A stretch of DNA of 23,552 nt from Tubiluchus corallicola (taxonomy: Eukaryota > Animalia > Priapulida): assembly GCA_030141605.1 (NCBI GenBank), contig JAQGDQ010000853.1:1-23552 (forward strand), in the 5' to 3' direction. The notes under the pieces are model-generated. The model was not told where the DNA came from. It ran no database searches and saw only the letters and a program-made list of their open reading frames with translations. Both the position numbers and the translations under genes were made by a program. Below are positions 1 to 10,309 of the stretch, piece after piece (within the stretch, counting starts at the first letter, position 1; the number at the start of each line of letters is the position of its first letter).

Positions 1-424
1 GTCTAAGTGAATTAAAATTAGACCCACTAGCTTAGTACTTAGTCTAAGTGAACTGAAATTGGACCTGCCAGCTTAGTACTTAGTTTACGTGAATTAAAAT
101 TGGACCTACTAGCTTAGTACTTAGTCTAAGTGAATTAAAATTGGACCTACTAGCTTAGTACTTAGTCTTAGTGAACTGAAATTGGACCTACTAGCTTAGT
201 ACTTAGTCTAAGTGAATTAAAATTGGACCTACTAGCTTAGTACTTTGTCTAAGTGAATTAAAATTAGACCCACTAGCTTAGTGCTTAGTCTTAGTGAACT
301 GAAATTGGACCTACTAGCTTAGTACTTAGTTTAAGTGAACTGAAATTGGACCTACTAGCTTAGTACTTTGTCTAAGTGAATTAAAATTGGACCTACCAGC
401 TTAGTACTTAGTTTAAGTGAATTA
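1..424 (+). repeat. 41-bp tandem repeat array (~10 copies, runs off the window start)
   Basis: Unit GTCTAAGTGAATTAAAATTGGACCTACTAGCTTAGTACTTA recurs every 41 bp with point variants. Confidence 0.95.
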
Positions 425-932
425 ATAAACTATTATATCTATTATAGTTAGTTTATACAGGTTGAATAAATTCAATTCCAAGATTGAATGTACTTAGCTG
501 ATCAGCAGGAATGGAAACTGATCAGATTTTGATTAAAATCTTTATAGAAATTAATGCGCCACGTGGTGACAAAATTCCAAATCAATAACTAAGTTTGTAA
601 GACTGTTGATACAGCTAGATGACTTAAATTACAAAACGTTATAGAAATTTCATTTTAAAATGAAAAATCCTATGAAGAATTAACGTTACTTTAGCCAAGT
701 TGTGCTACAGGAGTATGGACGTTACACGACATAATTAAACATGTCATAGCAACACGTAACATAACATAACATAACATAAACATCACAGCACGTAACACTG
801 CAATCAGATTGTAATCAGGGTTCATTGAGAACAGATTAAGAATTAAAAAAGACAGAAGTTTTCAATTCTGTTTATTTATTGCCGAGTTTAAATGTAGTCA
901 AATGATGATTAAGAGAATTAGAAAAGTCCGCG

Positions 933-998
933 AGCCATATTATAGGAAGCCAAATTATAGGAAGCCATATTATAGGAAGCCAAATTATAGGAAGCCAA
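933..998. repeat. 15-bp tandem repeat (~4 copies, alternating variants)
   Basis: AGCCATATTATAGGA alternates with AGCCAAATTATAGGA. Confidence 0.85.
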
Positions 999-1113
999 AC
1001 AGTTCCATGCAAAAATCCTTTACCGTAAATTAATAATTAAAACAAATAACTTTTTAATGATAAACCATATGAATTTATAATAGTACCATCATGCATAGAA
1101 AAATCTAGATTCT

Positions 1114-1326
1114 ATTAGATTAGATTAGATTGGATTAGATTAGACTAGATTAGATTAGATTAGATGACTAGATTAGATTAGATTAGATTAGATTAGATTT
1201 GATTACATTACATTACATTACATTACATTACATTACATTACATTACATTACATTACATTACATTAGATAAAATTAGATTAGATTAGATTAGACTAGATTA
1301 TATTAGATTACTAGATTAGATTAGAT
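1114..1326. repeat. compound pentanucleotide microsatellite (TTAGA)n-(TTACA)n-(TTAGA)n
   Basis: Directly visible. Confidence 0.95.
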
Positions 1327-1556
1327 AATTTCAGCATAAAAGCCAAACAAAAACCGTAAAAACATGACATCACAATAAAAATTACATTTACAACTCTTAA
1401 AAAATGTTATTTAACACGAGGGAACAGAACAAAAATCATCTAAATAATTAATGAGTTAATATGTGCATAGATTAATCGATTTTTAATATCTTCATTATCA
1501 GATGAAACAGAAGAAACTACGTGGCCTAAATATTTTCCTTGTCGACTAATAGCCTG

Positions 1557-2193
1557 CTAGTTACTAAGCTAGTAGGTCCAATTTAAATTCACTTAAACTA
1601 AGTACTAAGCTGGTAGGTCCAATTTTAATTCACTAAGCTAAGTACTAACCTAATAGATCCAATTTAAATTCTCTTAGACTAAGTACTAAGCTAGTAGGTC
1701 CAATTTAAATTCACTTAAACTAAGTACTAAGCTAATGGGTCCAATTTTAATTCACTAAGCTAAGTACTAACCTAATAGATCCAATTTAAATTCTCTTAGA
1801 CCAAGTACTAAGCTAATGGGTCCAATTTTAATTCACTTAAACTAAGTACTAAGCTAATGGGTCCAATTTTAATTCACTAGGCTAAGTACTAAGCTAGTAG
1901 ATCCAATTTAAATTCTCTTAAACTAAGTACTAAGCTAATGGGTCCAATTTTAATTCACTAAGCTAAGTACTAACCTAATAGATCCAATTTAAATTCTCTT
2001 AGACTAAGTACTAAGCTAATGGGTCCAATTTTAATTCACTTAGACTAAGTACTAAGCTAGTGGGTCTAATTTTAATTCACTAAGCTAAGTACTAACCTAA
2101 TAGATCCAATTTAAATTCTCTTAGACTAAGTACTAAGCTGGCAGGTCCAATTTCAGTTCACTTAGACTAAGTACTAAGCTAGCAGGTCCAATT
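1557..2193 (-). repeat. 41-bp tandem repeat array (~15 copies), inverted relative to 1-424
   Basis: Unit TAAGTACTAAGCTAGTAGGTCCAATTTAAATTCACTTAAAC is essentially the reverse complement of the 1-424 unit. Confidence 0.95.
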
Positions 2194-2194
2194 C

Positions 2195-2502
2195 CTGTAT
2201 TTATTAAACCAAAGAAGCAAATCTATGAAATTAGTTGAATTTCTTACCTTAGTTCGACACGTTGAAGAATTCTACAAGAACCCACAAGAAACTTAGTGAA
2301 CTGAAATTTTTATAAAAAATTCTTGAAAATCATTATTTTATCAACAAGTACACAGCGACTGATGACAGATGAAAAGAATTTAAATTCCAAGAAGACGAAA
2401 TTATAATTGTTTGTTTACCACACCCTGGCAATATCAAACACACATTTTCACGAAACTAACTACAATTTTCACACTAAACTTACATTTATATCACCGGCAA
2501 TT
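2195..2502 (-). other. putative small exons and introns of a minus-strand, probably non-coding transcript
   Basis: Minus strand: donor AAT|GTAAGT (2484/2483); acceptor TTCTTGTAG| into a 24-nt exon 2271-2248; donor AAG|GTAAGA; 53-nt intron with CTAAT branch-like site ending TACAG| at 2195. Confidence 0.35.
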
Positions 2503-2629
2503 CTGTAAGTATAATAATATCTTACAATATCAAAAACACTGTTAGTAAGAACAGGTACAAAACACAAATATGAGAAAATCAACAGATGTGAGAAAAATAT
2601 CGACGATCAATGTCTTTACCAGGCGACTC

Positions 2630-2676
2630 CTGATTGGCTGATTTAGTCACGTGGGTCGCTAATTACAGTGGGCGGT
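2630..2676 (-). promoter_or_regulatory. promoter-like motif cluster (CCAAT box, E-box, GC box)
   Basis: ATTGG 2633-2637, GTCACGTG 2646-2653 and GGGCGG 2670-2675 within 45 bp in otherwise AT-rich DNA; strand inferred from the splice signals to the left. Confidence 0.4.
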
Positions 2677-2785
2677 TCAGACAATTATTACTTTTTAGCT
2701 CAAACAGAAAATTATGAAAATGAGAAGTCTTTATTAATTTCGCGTGAATAACGTTTTGAATGTTTCATTGTAGTCTGAATATTAA

Positions 2786-3241
2786 CCCTTTCATACCCGT
2801 TGTATCCCGTGGGATACGAGAATATTTTCTACCTTTAAAATTAATAAAATTTTAAAACTGACAGTTATTTGATCTGTTAATAGTTATTTTGATTTAAGCC
2901 AATAACAATAGACTAAAAATGGTGATAAAATGGCAAACTGAAATCTACATAGCATAAAAAACTGCGCAAGGTACAGTACTTTAGAGACGACTTTGTACAG
3001 ATCAGCATAGCGTGCATACTAAATGTCTTAAATACTTTATAAAATTATCAGCAATTGCAAAATGAAGCACATTTTATGCTTCCATTGAATCCCAATGTAT
3101 CCCGTGGGATACAGGCTATATTTAGCACGAGGGCACAGGTAGAAAAAAAATAATTATTATGTGTAAACAAGATGGACATACTGAACAAAAGTGACAAGCT
3201 AAAAATTTTTCTTATTAAAAAATAATTTGGGACTGAAAGGG
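2786..3241. mobile_element. piggyBac-like non-autonomous element (MITE), 456 bp
   Basis: TTAA|CCCTTTCATACCC ... GGGACTGAAAGGG|TTAT: 13-bp TIR (11/13 match) starting CCC, TTAA target (right copy mutated), internal palindrome TGTATCCCGTGGGATAC at 2801-2817 and 3096-3112; no ORF. Confidence 0.8.
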
Positions 3242-3245
3242 TTAT

Positions 3246-3826
3246 TGTAAAACCGGATCGAGTCTTAAACTGCAGGTCAAAACAATCTACTCTTTAAAAT
3301 TTTGAAACGAAACATACTATCTTTTTAGAAATGAGTTACGTGTAAGAATTATTACCAAACAAACACAATTTCACGTTCGCGCCACTAGTTCTTCACTGTT
3401 ACACGCATTTCGCCATTTGCTGCTTAGACGGGCACTAGCGCCTGTATTACGGAAACGTATCGCACAAAAATAGTTGCTGTATCTCTCGGTTCAGAAATGT
3501 TCGTTTGTGACGAACTTCACACGTTCAACAGCTCATGCGTGAACACAATGGTAAATTTTAAATTTCGCTTTTTATCATAAAGCATGCCTAGTTTTAGTAC
3601 AACACACAGAATATCTTATAGTAACACTGTACTTCAATTTTCGCTTTCACAAACACGTGCAACACGTTCGTGGAATACTTTTGCTGTTAAAAATTATGTT
3701 AGTTTGTGATGTCATCAATGATTGGGCTTGCCCACCATTAATTAAGATTTTAATTTATTATTTAATTATCAGAAATACTTTTTCACTATTATTGGTGTTA
3801 AAATGTATACTTTTTACCGTACTTGA
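3246..3826 (-). mobile_element. interspersed non-autonomous DNA element, family A copy 1 (Kolobok-like)
   Basis: Reverse complement aligns over ~560 bp with 19523-20087 and 22279-22828; terminus TTAT|TGTAAAACCGGATC resembles TTAA|AGCAAAACCGG of the related copies. Confidence 0.75.
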
Positions 3827-3937
3827 GAATGGAGTAATCACTCTGTCTTTGTATTGTCAGCGATGTGCTTAGTTCATATTACATATTACAAAATTTTAAT
3901 AAGTAAGTAAAACACACGTGTTTGGGCAGCATTATGC

Positions 3938-4045
3938 ATTAACGGCCAAATTACGTTGAAAGTCTGATCACCGAAGTTAAGCAACGTAGAGCCTGGTTAG
4001 TACTTGGATGGGTGACCGCCTAGGAATACCAGGTACTGTAGGCTT
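3938..4045 (+). pseudogene. 5S rRNA-derived head (108 nt, ~12-nt internal deletion)
   Basis: AACGGCCA..ACGTTGAAA[del]GTCTGATCACCGAAGTTAAGCAACG..GGTTAGTACTTGGATGGGTGACCGCCT.GGAATACC.GGT.CTGTAGGCTT matches invertebrate 5S rRNA; box A and box C retained; no oligo-T terminator follows. Confidence 0.93.
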
Positions 4046-4467
4046 GCGGGATGCCCACACTGTATCTCGACACTAGGCGGAGGAGCTGCACAAGCAGCCA
4101 GCGGCTAGAGGGTGGAGGAGGTCAAGTAACCCAACGGTCATGTGTAGAGGAGTAAACCTTCCAAATCAGGAGTGGAGCCCTGAAGGCGGACCAGTGCAGC
4201 ATGCTCACTGACTCCGGCAGTCAACCTGGTGCCAAACGTATCGCTCCGCTTTCCTTTGGACTACACCAGGGAGGAAGAGAAAGGGGTTCCTGTTGTCTGG
4301 GCAACTCAGGATCTCCATACACTTTGCCCAGGCGTGCGCCCTGGAGACGTTCAAGGATCGGACTGCTCAGCCACAGTCGATGCTGCAGCTCCATCAATGT
4401 GATCAATAACTGACTCTCTTGGCGCAGACTCTATTGTCTTCCGAGACAGAAGGATGCCAACAACAAC
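3938..4467 (+). mobile_element. 5S rRNA-derived SINE (SINE3-type) with RTE-LINE-derived body and tail
   Basis: 5S head, GC-rich middle, then 4348-4413 encoding RSRIGLLSHSRCC (RTE ORF C-terminal SRIGLxSHxRxC motif), then RTE-like 3' end GTCTTCCGAGACAGAAGGATGC and (CAA)n tail. Confidence 0.85.
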
Positions 4468-5200
4468 ATGGATCTACGAGTAGAGTACGTAGGTACATAT
4501 ATGTGATTTTGTTATTACAGAGAATTTTGTTGTTTTATTTTGTAAACACGTGGGCGCTCATTCATACATTGTTATAAACATAAGCTGCCATTTTTTTTTT
4601 ACTTAATCTTGTTTTAAATTGTAAATTCAGGTGATTTTTTTAAAATTATGTTTTGTTGTCTTGTTTAATATTTTGTGTACGTCTTTTTATAAACATTGTA
4701 GTAACAATATTGATTACGTAAATACGCAGATCAGTAGAATTTTTCCCTCCAGATGGAGCGGCTGTATCATTTTATAAAAGTACAAATTAAAGATTTATTT
4801 ATTTTATTTCTTTCTCTTTCTTCTTTTCTAGTTTCTCCCTCTTTCCCTCCATCCCGTTTCTTTCTGCTTTCCTCCCACTCGGATGGTTCTCGACGTAGAG
4901 TACGTTTGGTTTAAATTTCTTTCAAATTTTAGAACAGGCAAAATGATAACCCGACTTACTCCGATTCTGAGCCGAATAGCTGAATTGGCAGAGCGTGTGC
5001 TCTCACAGCACACGGTTGTCTGTTCAAATGCTGGTTAGTTTGTAGGTTTTCATTGTCTTACATTTTTAATTAATTGGCCATTAAGTTTGATGGCTCTAAA
5101 TTTGTGTCTTTTACAAATGTAACGTAATGAATGTACAGTAAGAACGAGGAACAAGCTGACTAAGGTTTTGTGTTAAAATCAGTTTATGTTTATTAAAATA

Positions 5201-5268
5201 TACTACTACTACTGCTGCTGCTGCTGCTGTTGTAACTGTCGCTGTTGCTGCTACTGTTGTTGCTGTTG

Positions 5269-5309
<41 letters not shown>

Positions 5310-5394
5310 ACTGTTGTTGTTACTGCTGCTGCTGCTGTTGTTGTTATTACTACTGCTGTTGCTGCTATTGCTGCTGCTGTTGTTACTGCTGCTG

Positions 5395-5460
<66 letters not shown>

Positions 5461-5466
5461 ATGAAG

Positions 5467-5549
<83 letters not shown>

Positions 5550-5586
5550 GGTAATAATAATAATAATAATAATAATGATGATAATA

Positions 5587-5623
<37 letters not shown>

Positions 5624-5624
5624 C

Positions 5625-5716
<92 letters not shown>
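5201..5716. repeat. compound trinucleotide microsatellite (CTA)-(CTG/TTG)-(ATG)-(ATA)-(ATG)-(ATA)
   Basis: Directly visible; source of the poly-C/L/M/I/H/Y ORFs. Confidence 0.97.
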
Positions 5717-5717
<1 letters not shown>

Positions 5718-6334
5718 TTTTCTTTTTGCTGACCAGTGGTGGATGCTGAGGATGCTGCTGCTTCAAGAAATTTTTAGTCATTGTTTTAATACTGTGTAAA
5801 ACGTAACAAACATGTAATTTAATGTTCTAGTTATATTTGAAGATCAGGTGTTGAACGGCCTCTTTTCTTACCTGCAACTTTCTCATGAAAAGACAACTGT
5901 GAAAAATTAACCTGTTGTACTTCACTTACAGTCACAGAACTTATTTCTTGGGGATACAAGGCGTCCATTATTAAATAATTAATGTTTTAAGCACACACTC
6001 TAAGTTTACACTTTATCACATCCAAGAATATGACGGTGCACGGTAAGCACAAGTGTTACTGTGTTAGAGACAGTACTTTACCTACCTAGCAGCATAAGCT
6101 AGCATACAGCATGTTATCTCATACATGTGTGCATAGCCGCATGCGCACAACAGCCAAATACAGCATTGCTTGGGCTGTGAAGCAAACAGTACTACCCTCA
6201 CGTGCTCTGATTCCACACAAGTATAAAAAAAGAACTAAAGAAAAACGACTTATTATATTGAATATTATCGATAATAATGAGTGAAAACAGGGGGTGCTGT
6301 AGTAGCACAGTACCTATACACGAGCTGACACTGA

Positions 6335-6944
6335 TGCTGACATCTTTCAGTAACTTGTGGTAGTTCTTTAGTTACTCACACAAGCCGGTGCTGCTACCTA
6401 GTGTTGGATTTGTAGTTGTCAATGATGTGCATATTACACATTACAATTATTGCCATCATTACAAAATTTTAAGAAACCTTAAAAACACACCTGTTCAGGC
6501 AGCATTATGGATCATAGCAATAACTGTACATTAGAATAAAGTATGTTAGTACAATTTTAAGATTGCTTTTAAAATCAATTTTGTTGTGACCGTTTACAAG
6601 TAAGTAGGATCTTGCTATTACAGAATGATTCATTTTATAACGACTGTTTATGTAATTGTAAATTATAAAAAACTTTTTAATTGTAAAGTGAATTGAAATG
6701 ACGTGATGCGAATGTGCTGTACAATTAAATAATAAATAATACTAAGTAAAATAACAAATAATAAAGCAATCGATTAATAATAATTATAAAATAATTAGCA
6801 AGTAATAATTAGCGAGCAAGTAATGAAAATTGTTTTACACATCGCTGACAACTACAAATCCAACACTAGGTAGCAGCACCAGCTTGCATAAGTAACTAAA
6901 GAACTACATTAAGTTTAAGGAAGAAGCTAAAGCAACAAAGAAAA

Positions 6945-7025
<81 letters not shown>

Positions 7026-7448
7026 TCTTTATTTATTTATTTATTACTTATTATTTAATTGTACAGCACATTCGCATCACGTCATTTCGATTCACTTTAC
7101 AATTAAAAAGTTTTTTATAATTTACAATTACATAAACAGTCGTTATAAAATGAATCATTCTGTAATAGCAAGATCCTACTTACTTGTAAACGGTCACAAC
7201 AAAATTGATTTTAAAAGCAATCTTAGAATTGTACTAACGTACTTTATTCTAATGTACAGTTATTGCTATGATCCATAATGCTGCCTGAACAGGTGTGTTT
7301 TTAAGGTTTCTTAAAATTTTGTAATGATGGCAATAATTGTAATGTGTAATATGCACATCATTGACAACTACAAATCCAACACTAGGTAGCAGCACCCGCT
7401 TGTGTGAGTAACTAAAGAACTACCACAAGTTACTGAAAGATGTCAGCA
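6335..7448. repeat. long inverted repeat: ~407-bp arms (6335-6741 and 7042-7448) with ~300-bp spacer
   Basis: Left arm TGCTGACATCTTTCAGTAACTTGTGG... matches the reverse complement of the right arm ...CCACAAGTTACTGAAAGATGTCAGCA, with about five mismatches by eye. Confidence 0.95.
6945..7025. repeat. (ATT)n microsatellite
   Basis: Directly visible, in the spacer of the long inverted repeat. Confidence 0.97.
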
Positions 7449-7504
7449 CAATGCAATCCTGGTAGAATGAAGTAGTCAATAAAAATATCATTTGGGAAAC
7501 TCGG

Positions 7505-7800
<296 letters not shown>

Positions 7801-8087
7801 ACACTACATATATGAGTAGGTTTGAAATACGGAGCGCCCAAGCGTAAAGTGATCACGATATTAAAGTGATTTTACTAGTTACACGAGACACTTATCAGAC
7901 TTTCATTACTAAAGCCTTTTAACATTTTTCGCAAACATTATAACAACCTAAATTCCCAAAAGGCTTGTCTTTTCCTTTAAACAAACTACAGATTTTATAT
8001 GCGGGTTTAACGCCTCATCAAATTTTATAGCTTCAGTTTAGTGTAATTTGCATTACCGTTTTGATCAACGGCCATATTCCAATTTAC

Positions 8088-8450
8088 ACCAATGTTTCTG
8101 ATCACATCTGAGCATTTACAAGAGCATTTACCAATGTTTCTGATCACAACAGCTTTTGCAAGAGCATTTACCAATGTTTCTGATCACAAGAGCATTTACA
8201 AGAGCATTTACCAATGTTTCTGATCACATCTGAACATTTACAAGAGCATTTACCAATGTTTCTGATCACATGTTAGCATTTACAAGAGCATTTACCAATG
8301 TTTCTGATCACATGTTAGCATTTACAAGAGCATTTACCAATGTTTCTGATCACAAGAGCATTTACAAGAGCGTTTACCAATGTTTCTGATCACAAGAGCA
8401 TTTACAAGAGTATTTACCAATGTTTCTGATCACATGTGAGCATTTACAAG
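8088..8450. repeat. 40-42-bp tandem repeat (9 copies)
   Basis: ACCAATGTTTCTGATCACA(TCTG/AG/TGTT)AGCATTTACAAGAGCATTT repeated; internal GAGCATTTAC subrepeat. Confidence 0.95.
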
Positions 8451-8575
8451 ATGTTGAAAGACTTACTATTAAACTTATTAACTTATTTATTATTAAAACA
8501 AGACAACTTTGATTTACAACTGTAAAAAACATGTCCAAACAGCAATCAGTTGTCGTCATCATCAGTGGTACACGA
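8450..8575 (-). mobile_element. inverted, diverged Penelope pseudo-LTR fragment
   Basis: Minus strand CTGATGATGAC..TTGCTGTTTGGACATGTTTTTTACAGTTGTAAATCAAA resembles plus-strand 9141-9204 CTGATGATGAC..TTGCTGTT..TTAGACATGTTTTTAAATAGTTGTAAATTAAA. Confidence 0.7.
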
Positions 8576-8778
8576 TACAAACAACAACCACGTTAAAGTA
8601 AGAATATGTGAACATCCGGGTATTTAGTTTACAACTGGTAAGAAATTACAAAATCCTCCTCAATCCAGCATTAATGACCGTCTCTGACCACAAAGTTGAT
8701 TTTAGTAATTTCAACATTGTGACCAGAGCTACAAATAACTGGGGCTTATTAATAAAAGAAAGTTTATCTATGTACCCT

Positions 8779-9021
8779 AATAAGCCTTCTCTTAATGTAC
8801 AAAGTAGTTCAATTCCATTAACTTTATTTTCAAACACTTAGCTACCTATTACTGTATCAATAAGCATTCTCTTAATGTGCAAAGTAGTTCAATTCCATTA
8901 ACTTTATTTTCAAACAGTTAGCTACCTATTACTGTATCAATAAGCCTTCTCTTGATGTGCAAAGTAGTTCAATTCTATTAACTTTATTTTCAAACACTTA
9001 GCTATCTATTACTGTATCAAT
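8779..9021. repeat. 80-bp tandem triplication spanning the Penelope ORF stop codon
   Basis: AATAAGCCTTCTCTTAATGT...CTATTACTGTATC recurs at 8779, 8859 and 8939. Confidence 0.93.
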
Positions 9022-9132
9022 TTCTTTTCTACTGGTCTGTTTATTCATTACTTTGTCTTCTTTGTAAATACATAATTAGTGCATAATTTTCCATACTGTA
9101 GGCTCTGTCTATATGAACTAGTTGTTTGTATA

Positions 9133-9180
9133 ATGTAAAACTGATGATGACAGCTTTTTGCTGTTGAAACGTTTAGACAT
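9133..9180 (+). ncRNA. minimal type I hammerhead ribozyme motif (PLE-associated)
   Basis: CTGATGA core (9141-9147), stem II GACAGC-TTTTT-GCTGTT, GAAA (9166-9169), palindromic AAACGTTT stem III region; stem I (ATGT/ACAT) weak. Confidence 0.7.
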
Positions 9181-9391
9181 GTTTTTAAATAGTTGTAAAT
9201 TAAAATTTTTAATAAATGTTACCCTAGTTAAATAATAAACACTTTGAAGTGCCTCTATATATCAAGATATTATTCATGTGTTTTAACATATAAATATATT
9301 TAACATTTATTTAAAATTCATTATAATATGTCGTGTTGCGTCGTATCCGGTTACGTTACGTTCCATTACGTTACAGATCATAGATTTCACA

Positions 9392-9600
9392 CAGGAATAT
9401 CTCGTCCTTCACTGTTTTCTAACAAATCGCCAGATGAAATGACGACTTATTATGATTGGAGTCCCACAAGGGTTTATTCTGTCGCCTTTGTGACTTATGC
9501 TTTATGTCTTTGATCTGTTCTGTGATATATTTTTGAAGGTTGTCAAGAATATCAAGTCAAGAAATGAAGAAGAAAAAACATTCAAATCAGATAGAAAGAT
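9392..9600 (+). pseudogene. degenerate non-LTR retrotransposon reverse transcriptase fragment (CR1/L2/Jockey-like)
   Basis: Frame from 9416 reads FLTNRQMK*RLIMIGVPQGFILSPL*LMLYVFDL, matching FLxNR...GVPQGS.L.P.LF..Y.NDL; the FADD motif appears deleted. Confidence 0.75.
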
Positions 9601-9668
9601 TGCTGGCGTGTTAGTTTGTCTGAACATCACATATACATTTAGAGGTGCAAAAACAGGAAACGTACTTC

Positions 9669-10309
<641 letters not shown>

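Larger units (their letters stand above)
8600..9245 (+). mobile_element. 5'-truncated Penelope-like retroelement (GIY-YIG endonuclease C-terminus plus pLTR)
   Basis: ORF 8608-8841 ends DHKVDFSNFNIVTRATNNWGLLIKESLSMYPNKPSLNVQSSSIPLTLF, fitting the PLE C-terminal pattern H..DF.I....N...L.IKESL.I...KP.LN.Q..S.PL.LF; followed by a hammerhead motif and AATAAA. Confidence 0.85.

Noticed and set aside
1114-1326. Arthropod telomeric repeat (TTAGG)n
   Set aside because: The units are TTAGA and TTACA, not TTAGG.
3657-3872. 71-aa ORF (and the similar ORFs 19910-20134, 20515-20763, 22362-22646)
   Set aside because: They lie in non-autonomous repeat copies, frames are not conserved between copies, and no domain is recognisable.
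3938-4045. Functional 5S rRNA gene
   Set aside because: Internal deletion, altered 5' end, no oligo-T terminator, and fusion to retroposon sequence.
4850-4900. Similarity to the reverse complement of 22850-22900
   Set aside because: The match is about 20 bp and largely low-complexity purine/pyrimidine tract.
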